Shown: positions 1 through 12,888 of the stretch, one piece after another
Position numbering within the stretch: position 1 is the stretch's first letter
How the letters are laid out: each line of letters begins with the position of its first letter
NCBI RefSeq assembly: GCF_001194135.2
Contig: NC_068981.1
Location: forward strand, 21,170,072 to 21,234,071
DNA length: 64,000 bases
Source of the DNA: Octopus bimaculoides
Taxonomy: Eukaryota
Direction: 5' to 3'
Notes under the pieces: generated by a model
Seen by the model: the letters and a program-made list of their open reading frames with translations, nothing else
What the model was told of the DNA's origin: nothing
Database searches by the model: none
Program-made: the position numbers and the translations under genes

Positions 1-1936
1 AAATATCTCTGCCTCCTACCCAGTAAATCAACAATACTGCATACACTATGACTTTAAAAAATTCTCTCTAATATAGGCACAGAAAGTTATAGTTTATTAT
101 ATAGTACTTTAATTTTATGGACCTCAGAATGATGAAAGGTAAAGATAATTTTGGTAGAATTTGAACTCCAAACAAAATACAAAGCTATTTTTCCCAGTGT
201 TCTAATATTCTACCAATCTACCACCCTCAAAATTAATGTTGAAAAATTATACAATATAAAATGAGAGAGGCTCTACGTTGGAAGTCAACAAAAGCCTCTA
301 CATAGTTGCATGACATGTTAGTAATAGCAGCCAAACATCTCACAAGCACTTCCTACTGTCTTAAGGAAAGAATACATTGAATGATGCTACCCTACATGGT
401 TCTAAAACATACGAAAGCCATAACTAGATTCATTTTCTTCATGTGTTTGCTTAAATCAGGTTGACCTAGGGCTAAACAACACCTGAAAATCCTGATATGA
501 AGCTACTGGAAAATATCTGACACCCCTGATGCAATACAATATTTCATTGAAGCATGTTCAGTTGATTAGATAATCTATCTACTCTATTCCCTATAGCTCA
601 TACCTTCAATTTACTCAGTTAAATATTCTCATTTTATCCCTCTCAGTTAAATATTGTGGACATGAAGTCCAACAAACATTTAACCCATGACAATGTTGAA
701 GAAACAGGGGCAAAGCTAATGCAGTTTAACTGAAAATTATTTATAGGTGACACTAAGCATTGCAGGTCAAAACCACTTTATTTTATTAAATTTGTTCATA
801 ATGTCAATAATATGAAAGCTATATGAAGTAGCTTTGGATGTTAATTGAGCAATTAATGATAACTTACATCATAATAAATAGACACCCAGTTGAATGTAAT
901 TGGATACTGGTGCGAAACCATTATCAGAGACTCAGTAGGATGAAAGACAATGTAAAGTCCAACAAGGATTTTAATAGAAACAATCTTCTAGGTTTTAAAG
1001 TTCCCTTTAGTATTTAGTTCTGGGTTCATGATTTTTTTTCTAAAACATCCTCTTCTATTTCCATAAAAAGTAGTTAGCACATGACATAAGAGATGTTATG
1101 CGTTCAATAATGGTCAATCAACTTTTGCCATTTACTCAAATTCATGGCAAAGTGAAACAGCATGACTAAATATAACTTTGTATCTAGTTAGATCCTTCTT
1201 TACTTATAAACAAATGAGACAAATGAGAAAGACCTTCCACTGGTTAAGAGGCTAATTTAATGCAAATAATATTCTCAGATGATTGAATGCCTTGGGTGAA
1301 TTGAAGTGATATAGTATAGAAGAGGACACAGTGAAGATAACAGCAGTAAATTCAAGCTCTTGGCACATTTTGTGACTATTGCTGAACACAGACCAACCTC
1401 AAGGAGCTAGATGTTCTTTGAAGAGAAACAGTTAAGATAATAAAGAGTAGTGGAGAAAATGATTCAGAAAATAAAATCTACAGATCTCTTGTAGCTATTG
1501 CTCAATATTTATAATTAATAACAGAAGTGCTAATAAAAATCAGAGATAGGAGGATTTCGTTAGTGATGCTCTCTGCCATCTCCTTTTTTGTTTTAATACT
1601 TGTTTTTCTATGTTGGTCTAGAGTGGACATACCTTGCAGGCTCTATTAACCCTCTCTGGCATGCTTATTAGAAGTAACAAAAACTGCAGTATGACTTTCT
1701 ATTCTAAATCATGTAATGATGATGATGATGATGATTATGTTAATGACTAAGATATCAAACACTAATTGAGATTAAAAAATGAAAAGAAAACTAGTAATAT
1801 TTATAAATATAGGGATGTAATGTATAGTTGTTTTCATAGATTATATAAAGTATTTATTAGACTAAAATGAACTACTAATTGTGAAAGTAATGAAATGATA
1901 ATTGGCAAATGAGTTTACAGCAATCATAAGCTAAAG

Positions 1937-1975
1937 CAGTGGTTCCTAACCTGTGGTCCATGAACTAAATTCAAA

Positions 1976-2059
<84 letters not shown>

Positions 2060-2149
2060 TACATCAGTATAAGCATATTAAAAGGGGTCTGTGGGAAAAC
2101 TCATTTAAATAAAAGGGGTCCTTGGTAGTGAAAAGGTTGGGAACCACTG
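1937..2149 (+). mobile_element. hAT (Charlie-like) MITE with an internal (AT)n/(AC)n expansion
   Basis: TIRs CAGTGGTTCCTAACC / GGTTGGGAACCACTG; perfect 8-bp TSD AGCTAAAG at 1929-1936 and 2150-2157; microsatellite at ~1981-2060. Confidence 0.92.
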
Positions 2150-3229
2150 AGCTAAAGGATAAATTTATACCAAGGAGAAAAGGTAAGGGTTAGTTATCTG
2201 AAGTTAGAAATGAGTTGTATTTTTGTGTTACGCTTTTGTTATGGATTAAAAATCAGTTTTATTTCATTACAGCATCTACACAGACCACTAAAACTTGGGT
2301 TTATAAGTTTTTCCTATCCTTAATACCATATGTGGCTGGTTAAGAGTGCTAATAATGATCATATATCTAAATTTTTGAATTACTAAAGTTCTACATATCT
2401 CTTATTAACCAACCTTATCATGTAACAAAGCTGCCAATCTACTCAGGCACATCATTACAATATACACAACTCATACACACATTTAATCACTGCAAAATTT
2501 TCTCATATTTTTCTCTAACTCGCAAACATTAAAACTAATGTATCTTATCCTCTCTAGAAAAAAACATAAACATAAACACTGTTGAAATTCAAGTACATAT
2601 ATAATTTAAATTAATGGTTCTAAAAATTTATTTTGCATAATATAGGAAAAACGTTTGTATCTATATTTGACAAAATAAGCCAATATATTTTTCATATACA
2701 TTGGATATTTTAAAAAGGTATTTTCCATTAGCTGTACTAAAATTGTGTGTGTGTGCACACACATACGCATGTGTACATGGTTGAGCATGGTCTTCCAAAT
2801 GTTAGAAAGTATGAGTCAAATGAAATATTAAAAATCTTATTTCAAATTAATACAAACTATGGTAAATGTTGCATTTCAAACACATAGACAAGCAATAAAA
2901 ATACATAGGCACATATAAGCATATAGCATTTTATGAATGAACACTATTTTAGTGTGCATTTGAAATGAAAGCAAATTTTGAAGACAGAAAACCGAAAGTA
3001 TAGTTTTGGTTATATATATATGTGTCTTATATGGATGTGTATGGGTTACTGAAATGTGAATAAAATTTTAAGTAAAAAGAACTATCTCTATAAAACCTCA
3101 TTCTATTAGAGCATATTCTAAGAAATAAATGTAATCTCAGAAAAATTCCTCCAATTGGAAAGAACTATGTAATGTCCAACTATAGAACAGCTTCAATAAT
3201 TTGGCATTAAAGGCTTTCATAATTTTCAT

Positions 3230-3425
3230 TATTTAATGTCCATCTTCCATGCATGCATGGGTAGGATGGTTCACAGGAGCTGGCCAGGTAGAAAAACAAC
3301 CCTATGCTACTCTGTTTTGGCAGGGTTTTTACAGCTGGATGTCCTTCCTAACACCAACCATTCTGCAGAGTGGACTCAGTGCTTTCACATGACACCAGTA
3401 CAAGTGAGGTTAGTTTTAGCATGAT
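3230..3425 (-). mobile_element. RTE-LINE/SINE 3' tail fragment
   Basis: Matches the recurring tail (ttttacagctggatg(c/t)ccttcctaa...ccaaccat) seen many times in this window. Confidence 0.7.
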
Positions 3426-3624
3426 TTTTACAGTTTTATACATTGAAATGCAAGCCAGATTTTAAGAAGTAGAAAAATGTATCTCTGTTACACATAATAA
3501 AAAACAATATATTTGAAATATTTATGCAAAATTACTATGGTTCAAATTCAACTAATTATCTTACAACTGAGTGCTTTATTTCCAAGTTATGTCAATGTGT
3601 GTGTAAATAAAGGCACAGGCATCG

Positions 3625-3940
3625 CTGTGTGGTAAGAAGTTTACTTCCTAGCCACATAGTTCCAGGTTCAGTCCCACTAAATAACATCTTGGGCAAATGT
3701 CTTCTACAATAGCCATGGTCCAACAAAAAACCTTGTCCGGAAACTGGAAAACCTCCTCATATATATGTATATGTATGTATGCATGTGTGTGCATGTGTGT
3801 ATGTATGCATGTGTGTGCATGTGTGTGTGTGTTTGTGTGTGTGTGTTACTATATCCTTGCCTTGACTTTGCATGATAATTGTAAATGAGTGTCATCATGA
3901 TGAGGAAATATTACCTTACTTGGAAACAGGTGAGAGTTGG
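3625..3940 (+). mobile_element. tRNA-derived SINE (octopus-type, gtgtggtaagaag...gttcagtccc head), partial
   Basis: Head with B-box-like GGTTCAGTCCC, internal (TG)n linker, and body ggaaatattaccttacttggaaacaggtgag shared with copies at 17.9 and 23 kb. Confidence 0.75.
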
Positions 3941-5405
3941 AATACCAACTAAAAGAAAATATCCAAAAATATAGACTTCAAAAGAACGTGAAATGACTGA
4001 AAGATTTTTGAGACCATCAACTATTATAGCTAAGTTAAGAACAAATGACATCAATAAATTTGAGCAATATACTGTAAATATATCTAAATTATTTAATTTA
4101 TTTTAATGACAAGATATCAAATTTAGGCCTTTTAAAGACATTGGAAAATGTAGAAAGACATATAGTTAAGTGCGAGTTGCTACTCTTGAGACCATGAGCA
4201 GAAAATAATTTTTGATTAATTGAAATTGAAATCATATGCATGTTGAACAACAAGAATCAAGATGATGACTTGTATATTTATTCCTAATATGTTTCAACAG
4301 ATTTGAAAATGGCAGATATGAGCAGGATCAAGGAACAGTTTGTTTGTTGAAAGTATAAACAAGGACATTGATTCTTGTTAGATCCATTAGTCTAGGAGTG
4401 CTTCTGCTTGATGTGATACAATGATGTTGAAAAAACGGCTGTCCCAGAATCTCTTGTATTAATGAATTGACTGTGTTATGAATACATATTCATTGTAAAG
4501 GAGAAGCTGTTCTCCTGTGATGAAACACTACAGTGATTAGCATATTCATGTTTGAATTTGCCAGAATATATTAAGAACAAATATGCATGTCTGCGTGAAA
4601 TTAAAATCCTAATGAGAAAAAAAAAATCTCATAAATAATAACAAAAATTTATTCTGAAAAGGGCAAACAAAAGAAGCCTAAAATTACACAAAATCAGATA
4701 GATATGCAGGGATGGGGGAAATGAATCTGAGATGACAGCCATGTTGGCAACTATAAACATGTTTCAGTTTTATTTGACCTCCTCAGTGCAATGCAGCCCA
4801 CATGATGTCTGTCAAGATCACTAAATGCCAACAAGAAGTAGCCTGTTACTTTTTGTGAAGAACATTTAGTGATTAGGTATATTAAAATGACATTGGAAAA
4901 TTCTTGAAGTGTGTTTTTGCACAAAGAACATTATAGTTAGGTACATGCTACCATACTTGGTTGTGAACTGAAAATAATTTCTAAATGATTGAAATTATAA
5001 CTCTAAGGAGAAAAAAAAAGGTCATTAGATTTAATAGAAATTTCTTCTCACAAGGAGCAAGTGAGAGAAGTCACCAAACTGCAATCAACCAAAAACAAAA
5101 TGATGTGTAAGGCTCTTTGGCCTTTAAGTTATATTTTAGGACTTACAAGTCATAACTATGATGCTTTTTGACTGTCTTAAACATATTTAATATATACATG
5201 AACATTTAACATTATTTTCTTGCTAATCCAAGTTTCTCACTATAAGTGAATCCCCTCCTCTCTTTCACACTCACACACACACACATGCATGCACACACAC
5301 GTACACACATGTAAATATAGTGAGCAAGGTTATTAAAATAGAAAGTGAAAATTATACAAATGTATACATCAATAAGGAGAAAATGTATGCTGTTTTTCTA
5401 CCTAC

Positions 5406-5547
5406 CTCTCTTTCATTATCTCCAAAAGGAATATCAAGTGTTCCCATAGCTCGGATAATAGCTACTAGGGACTGTATCGTGTTACTGTAGACAACAGGTT
5501 TATATTGTTTGTTATCTTCACTTGTAAAACCACCTTCATGAATAATC
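5406..5547 (-). CDS. GNAO1: Heterotrimeric G protein alpha-o subunit, internal coding exon equivalent to vertebrate GNAO1 exon 3: (K)[47 protein letters not shown]
   Basis: 142-nt open exon, the same length and phase (2 to 0) as I recall for GNAO1 exon 3. Acceptor is a ~40-nt polypyrimidine tract ending CACAG; donor is GAG|[25 protein letters not shown] fits Galpha-o rather than Galpha-i (GY...ECKQYKAVVY). Confidence 0.96.
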
Positions 5548-7059
5548 CTGTGAGAAGAAAAAGAAAAGAAAATATGAAAATAAAAAGATGTAATAATGTC
5601 ATGCTAACTGTTCTGGAAAGAGAATTTAGAATGGCAACATGTTTAGAGAAGAATTCATGTAGCAATATACTGAATTTTTACAGAACTGTAAAAGAGAGAA
5701 TTTCTAATCAATGCAACAAGACATGATCTAATTAGTTTGCTTTAAGTTGGCAATTCTTCGGAACTAGCCAGAAGTTAATCTGGCATACAATCTCATGACT
5801 CATTTTTCAAATAAGCTGGAAATGACTGTAGTCTTCACACAATACTCATGGGATAGCAGAAATAGATAGTAAATCAAGTTTATTTCAATACAAAAGAAAC
5901 AAATAAAAAAAAATAATAACAAAATAAATAAAAATTATCTTGAAAGGAAATGAGCCTCCAAACTAAAGATAATAAAAAAAAACTGCTTTAGAAAAATTCA
6001 ACAAAGAAAAAAGGAAGTTGAAAACAAAAAGTTAAAAAAAGATTAAAACAATAATCAAATGAAATCAATAGTTTTAATGTTATAGTGTATGGAAGGCAAT
6101 TCCTTCAATGTTATTTCTAGGGGATTTCTCTATTAGAATTGAAAGCATAAGTGAAATTGTGAAGAAAATGCAATGAAAGCTACCTACAACATGAAGTAAA
6201 TTTATAATGGCCTAGATAGTAGAATTCTTTTCTGTTATGCCATTCCCTCTTGGGGGTGGAAGAGAGAATAAAAAAATTTAAAAACTACTTTTGATATCTA
6301 CTTTTTGATGATAACATTAGTTGGAAAGAAATTTTTCAATGCATTTCAATCCTACACCATCTCATCTTTGAAGTTGATTGATACCCAACTTGGCCAACTT
6401 CTTGGTAGACTCCATTCTCTGATAAAAGAATCAACCAAGAATATCTAATAGATATTTCTTCTTTTTACATCAATCTAACCGACAAAATATTTAGCTATAA
6501 CTTGATTGGCCCATGTATAGGAAGAGAAACCTCTTGTCAACGAGGTTAGCTGTTTACTATGATCTCCTTCAAACCCTTCCTCTATGCAATCATTATTTTC
6601 ACTACAGAACTTACCATGTCACCTAAGCAGCAAACATTATGTCATTTATAATATGAGTTAACAAAAATGGCTCTATGTTAGTCATGGGCAAACTGCAGCA
6701 TGTAGGACTCTCTGAATGGCACATCGAATGAAAAAATTACCTTGAAATTTTATTAGTAGTGTGACTTGCCTGATGATGAGCCATGTCTCATGTGACTTGC
6801 TTTGTGAAAAAAGGTGGCCCATACCTGATCTTTGTGACCCCATTCAAAGGAGACTTGGTTGCTAGAAATAGCAGCCAAATCTCCTTTAAATAATTCCCCT
6901 CTACATCTTAAATGAATATAAAAAAATGATACACTGGACAATGATGATGGCAAAGTGAAAGCTAGAATAATACCTCATAGGTCTGCATAATGAGAGTTGA
7001 CCAGATGCTAAACAACTATTTTTTTTTTATCAAATCAATAGTTATGTGAAATGACCTAT

Positions 7060-7420
7060 CAGCAGTGTGATGGATTTAACTATTTTCCTTGGATACCTTG
7101 CACAAGGATGATCAACATATATTGTAGTCTTCACTCTCTAACCAAGCTGGTTCTGTAAGTAGAACTCCTGTCATTTCTATTTTTGCTTCTTGTGCACCAT
7201 GCTCTACACTGCATATAGGAGAGATCTCTTAAACTTTCTCACTCCACTTATTTCACTACCATGTACACACAGCTGCTCAATGTAAGAACTTCTTTGATTG
7301 CACTAATAGGTGATCAACCTTAAATGTCTCCCTTCCATTACATTCTTGTGGTGCACTCTACAGCTGGGTCTTATCCTCAACAAGTTCTTCCATCACAGGC
7401 AAATGAATACTTAAGAAAAA
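7060..7420 (-). mobile_element. Highly decayed RTE-like LINE ORF 3' end
   Basis: Minus strand shows a remnant of the G.GRPRKTW motif (caaggtatccaaggaaaa) in RTE-like context. Confidence 0.35.
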
Positions 7421-8449
7421 GCAGTCAAGCTGACCTAAGAATATCAAACATCAAAGTTGATGTAGGACAAAGATGTATGTGCGTGTGTTGTAGGTAGCTG
7501 AGACAGACTGAAAACATTACAGTATTTTGATATATTTCTCTCGGTTCTTTGTTTAAATCCTGCTGAACTCAACTATATCAGAGTCCATAAAATAGTAGCA
7601 GCTACATACTTGAAAGGATTCTTTCCCCTCTTTTTGACAATTTGTTTAGTATTTCTGGAGTTTACAAAATATGTCCTAGTCATATATTAATGGTAGTTAA
7701 ATCTCCCTATAACTTTCTTATTCTTAGAATTACTTGCAGAAATTGTAGAGTATTGAACTAGTTTTATCCCTCTACATATAGTTTTCAAATCTCAAAGTTA
7801 CTTTAATTTTTGCTTCTCTGGGGTTGATAATCAATCACCAGATAGTACAAGAGGTGACTCCAATATGATTCTTAAAATAATGTCGACATTAAAGAAATTT
7901 ATAGAAATCTTGCTAAAGCATAGAGGAAGAACATTTAATATTGTAAATAACCATGAAGAAATGAATATTCTTTAATTAATTCCAATACTGACACACATTA
8001 TTAATAAATAGATGACATGTAAAGAAAGAGATACAAACACATCACACTTAATCAGCTATATTCTAAATAAACAAAAGCATTCATTCATCTTGGTAGAAGT
8101 AAAATGACAATAGCTATAACTGTGCAAGAAACAGAACTCCATTAAACTACATGTCAGACTGCAGTTGCTTTAATTTCTGAGTGAAATGACATTCTGACTG
8201 TTGTTTGCCATCAATGGACTGCAATGCTAGTTTTAACAATGGCAAACAAACCCACAATATAGTGGAAAGAATTCAAAAGCCCGCAACAAAGGATAAAATG
8301 GATGAAGTAAAAGAGATTAGATAATAGGGAGGAATTTAGTTTCATTCAGGGTCAGTATCAATTTATATTTGTTGACCTGAATGAAGCTAATATTTGTAGA
8401 AATAAAATATTCTCTCCATAATAACTGAGCACATACAGCTGGAAAACTA

Positions 8450-8480
<31 letters not shown>

Positions 8481-8784
8481 TGCACCATAAATGATTAACA
8501 AACAAAATCAATCCTCTCCAAACAATGTTGTTGTTTCTGTGGTTATTCAAACATTAGTTTGTGAACAGAAATCACTCCAATGCCAATAATCTAAATAAAT
8601 TTATTTGAAACAATTGAACAGAATTGAGAATTAAGTTTGTCAGAACTAATATTAGAGAAGACATAACTGAAAGTATAAAACAAAATTGACTTGTGTAGAA
8701 TAGAGTAAATGGAGTAGTTTGCAAGTAAATGAAGATAAAACTACCTCTATTTTCCACATTAATCCTGCTTTAGCAAATTTTCAG

Positions 8785-8975
8785 GTCAACTGGCAGACTA
8801 GAGTATCAGAAGAAAAGTGACTAGAGGTATTTCTTCTGGCTCTTTAATTCTGAGTTCAAATCCAATGAAGATCAACTCTTGCCTTTCATGCTTCCTGGGT
8901 TGTTAAATGATGTACCAGTAATTCACTAGCCCCAACTCCTCAAAATTATTGGCTTTACAACTAAATAAGATGCCA
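8785..8975 (+). mobile_element. tRNA-derived SINE with (ATT)n tail, decayed
   Basis: ctgagttcaaatcc B-box-like motif, gcctttcat...gtaccag core, ends attatt. Confidence 0.65.
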
Positions 8976-9529
8976 TTATTTATGCAATGCTTGGTATTCT
9001 TTTAAGCAGTCGTATCTCTGTCAGTCTTCACAAGCTATTGTTGTTCATCCTGATGAATATCTTGTCAAAATGGCTTCTGTATGTAATTTCATTCTCCTGC
9101 TAACAATATTATATAACAATAAAATGGGAAAACATATAATAAAGATTTATAAAGTGTTTAAAATAATTGAATTAAATGATAATAACTTACTATTATAGTT
9201 TAACATAATGATACGGGACAGAGGTCTGTATTCAATGTATTTAATGTTTGTATCATTGAATTTAATGGAATATCTCTTGCTAGTCATTAGTGAAACTGCT
9301 CACCAAAACACTTCATATTCTGACAATTATTGCTAAACTCACACACTAATGACACAGTTACTAAACTGGGGATCACTAAAATATCCATTATATATGAAGG
9401 GGAAAAAAAAGATTTAAACCTTATAAGACACCCTTGGGTAACTAACGTCTGTTTTTAATAACTGCAACATCACTGTCTTAATTAGGAGAAACTGTTCAGC
9501 ATCCTGTACATGAGCAATGCATATATAGC

Positions 9530-10900
9530 TATGCAATACCAACTTTTTGTTCTACATGAAAAGTGTGGTGATGTTTTCAGTGAGAATATTACTACATTCA
9601 GAGATACCAAAGTTCACATCAAAGTCACTGAAACTGCACCAAAGTTTTTTGAAGCATATGTCTTTGAAGGGAATGAAGTTGAGCATAATAAATTGGAGTA
9701 CGAAGATATATAATCAGCCCATGCATTATTCAAAATGGGCGTTTCTAATAGTATCAGTTGTAAAGGGTAGAACAATAAGAACTTATGAGGACTATAAGCA
9801 AACTCAGTAAATCAGCCACTTGTGATGGGTGAAAGGTTTCCAAAGCTTGATCATAGCCATACTTCTCAACAGTTGCTTCTGGGCAAAGATCCTCAATTAC
9901 TAATGCTGAATATGCATCGAGAACCTTTTTTTTTATGTATGTGCAAGCATCCAGTTTTGGGTTAAGTATGTTCCAGTGCAAAATGGAAAAAAGTTCAAGT
10001 TATATATTGTTTGTGTTTGAGATGACAATAGTGGAAGGGAAGAATGATGAGCATGTTGAAAAGGTTCTGCATGTACTATCTAACTATGGTCTGAAGTCAA
10101 AAAAACAGAAATGAAGCTTTATGATTCCAGAGGAAGATTATTTAGATTCCAAAATAAACAAAGACAGTATGTTTCCAGAACCAGAGAAATTAGCACCAGT
10201 CAAGTCATAAATGAACCTAAACCAGAATATATTAATGAGATCAAATCATTCTTAGGGATGCTTGACTATTAACACAGGCACCAACCAAATAAGAGTTTTT
10301 ACAGAGAGCTTCGAGAAAATATGTACCGTGGACATATGGTACAAACTGTATATGATAAAGTAAAGCAGGTACACTGTTCCTCTGAATTTTTGGTACATTA
10401 TGATCCAAATAAGCCTCTGCTGTTTTCATTCTACAGAATTGGAGGTTTTGTTATTGCCTGATGCTTCTGAAAACCCTGTTATTACTTCCCAAACATTTCT
10501 GAGACTGAATGAAACTATGCTCAGATTGAAAGAGAACAACTGTGTATCACTTATCAAGCTAAGAAGTTTTACATATATCAGTATCATTGCAAGCTAACTC
10601 ATATTACTAGCCATAAGCCACTTCTTGGATTCCTCAACTAAAGTAAACTAATTTCCTCAGTAACTGCTCTATGGATCTAATGTTGGACCCTACTTCTGTT
10701 GTCTTATTGCCATAAATTACTACACCAAAGCCCATTTGCATCTTGCACATACAAACATGGTTGTTTTTCATAGATTTATGTGTGTGTGTGTAAAACAACT
10801 TGTAGAATGTAGCAGTCACTATTTTGGTGGCATCCAATCTTTTATGTTTATTGGACAGTTCATTTGTAACTGTTGCGCCACTAAGTTTAGTTGTAATGTT
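9530..10900 (+). mobile_element. Ty3/Gypsy LTR retrotransposon pol remnant (RT, RNase H, start of integrase), frameshifted
   Basis: Across frames: DIISPMHYSKWAFLIVSVVK..IRTYEDYK (RT N-terminus); FPKLDHSH..QQLLL; a decayed (Y)LDD box; EIKSFLGMLDY; FLVHYDPNKPL; NYAQIERE and SHKPLLG (RNase H); an HTNM..YFWW-like integrase Zn motif. No LTRs recognised. Confidence 0.9.
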
Positions 10901-11890
10901 AATTTCTCCTGTGTGCATAATCTTATGTTGAAATCAAAGCCGCATTTCATATGTACAAGTTATAGAGAAGAGTAAAGCTCATAGCAGCTACATTAATTTA
11001 TTGACTGTTAGAGAATAGAAATAAAACCATTGTTTTAAATGTTATCCTGCAGTTTTGCTTATCATGGAATCAGGATTCTCTACAAACCATCTCAATGAAT
11101 TATCTCTGAGGCCTTACATCTATAGTAGAAACCCTTTAATTTAGTAGTTATACTTCTTATTTCCAATTACATAAACATTGTGATTGCTTAATGATTATTA
11201 CATCATTAACTGATCTTCAAACTTTTTTATTTGGATAGCCTCTTAAAAATATTAAGAAGATTGCCTCATCTGAGAATAAACCATTATGTATATAATATGT
11301 TGAAGACACAACTGAGACAAATTACACTTCTATATTCATTGTTATCAAATTACAGCAGCAGATCTAAATACAAATTTCATAAACTTACAATCCATTCCTA
11401 TTCACACAGAACACCCTTTCTCTTGGAATAGAATTACTAAGCCTTGAGCAATTCATATTTAACTCAAATTACATTAACTTATCACAATTCTCCAAATAAA
11501 AATTCACCTCAGCTAAGATCTGTTTCATTTCCTTAAATGATTCATAAAAGCAAAGTAAAATCATTAAACTTTTTATCCTCCTTTATAAACCTTCTTCAAT
11601 ATCAATGCAAATGAAACCATTTTTGCAAAGTTGAATATTTACAACTTGTTACAGGAATAGATTTTTTTAACTAGATGCAAGTCTTACCACTAAAGTAAGA
11701 GAGTTTATTACCAGATAAACAGAAAGAAGGGAAGGTACATATAAATCTCAGACACATAAAAGAATGGGTGAAATAAAGTTTGAAAGCTGTTTGAATATTT
11801 ATCATTATTTATTGGTGTTTTATTTATTTCAGAGTTCTCTCACTCATTATTAAAACATGCAGATAAGTTTAATTATTGCATATGTGTGTG

Positions 11891-11895
<5 letters not shown>

Positions 11896-11985
<90 letters not shown>
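11896..11985. repeat. (GA)n microsatellite
   Basis: About 90 bp of near-perfect GA repeat; produces the spurious ERER/SLSL ORFs. Confidence 0.98.
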
Positions 11986-11989
<4 letters not shown>

Positions 11990-12722
11990 GAAAGAGGGGT
12001 ACAAAGACAGCTATGGATTAGTGTAATATACAAACACATGCAAGCTAAATTCAAAGATTATCAGTTTCATAAGGGAAGGGTTAGTGCTTCATTTTCATGG
12101 TCAATGGTTCAATACTAGTTAGAATTTGCTTTATGTAAACGTATTATTAACTGTGTAGCAGCTTAATATACACACCTAGTCAACTAAAAAAGTTGGCAAT
12201 TATCTAATAGTGCATATGTACTTTCATGAACATAAAATAAATGATAGTAATGACAATGATGCTTAACTCTTGAAGATGAATTTGTTTCATTTAGTAAGGA
12301 GTAAGTCAGGAGTTTATAAGAAGAAATACATAGGCTTCTGTATTTGGATCAAGTTGCTTTCTACATTCTATACCAAGAATGTTTTTAGCAAAATCTAGAA
12401 CTGACACATATAGAAAATTCTATACAAATTGTCTTGGTACATTTTGAAGAATTGATTCTAGACTTGCACACAAAATCTAAAACCTAAAGGAACTCTGATT
12501 CCAGAAGTTTGAAAGTGAATACATATTTCAGTTAGCAGTAGATTTCTGTATCATAACAGTTTCAAGGAATCCTTTTCATTCAATATTGTGATAGTTTTAC
12601 AACAAATGTAGCAGAATTTTAGGTAGGCTGACAATCACTTTAAATCAAACCAAAGATAGAGCCCAAACTAAAAAGGACTCCCAACCAAGGGGAGCTTGGA
12701 CGAAAATAGGTAGCATCTAAAC

Positions 12723-12888
12723 CAGTGGTTCCCAACCATTTCACTACCAAAGACCCCTTTTATTTAAACGACTTTTTCCACAGACCTCCAGGATATTAAA
12801 AGGTCTCTCAGCTTAACATGTTCATGAACCCCCAGTACTACCTTTGTGGACCACCAGAGGTCTGTGGACCACAGGTTGGGAACCACTG
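12723..12888 (-). mobile_element. hAT MITE, same family as 1937-2149, opposite orientation
   Basis: TIRs CAGTGGTTCCCAACC / GGTTGGGAACCACTG; TSD ATCTAAAC / CTCTAAAC (7/8); internal ...tttaaataaaaggggtc... shared with copy 1. Confidence 0.9.

Larger units (their letters stand above)
1..5405 (-). other. Intron downstream of the Galpha-o exon (putative intron 3, partial)
   Basis: Begins at the GTAGGT donor (minus strand, 5405). I found no exon-4-like coding sequence (MEDTEPF...EYQLNDSAK) in 1-5400. Confidence 0.7.

Noticed and set aside
5280-5296. TGCATG (Rbfox) motifs ~115 nt downstream of the exon
   Set aside because: They sit inside a (CA)n tract where CATGCA occurs frequently throughout the window.
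8201-8249. 11-bp hairpin TTGTTTGCCAT/ATGGCAAACAA
   Set aside because: Too short for a pre-miRNA and plausible by chance in AT-rich DNA.
11869-12118. ORFs with ERER/SLSL, IYIY, VCVC or HTHT runs (also at 16.6, 19.1, 42.6, 45.7 and 62.8 kb)
   Set aside because: They are translations of microsatellites, not proteins.
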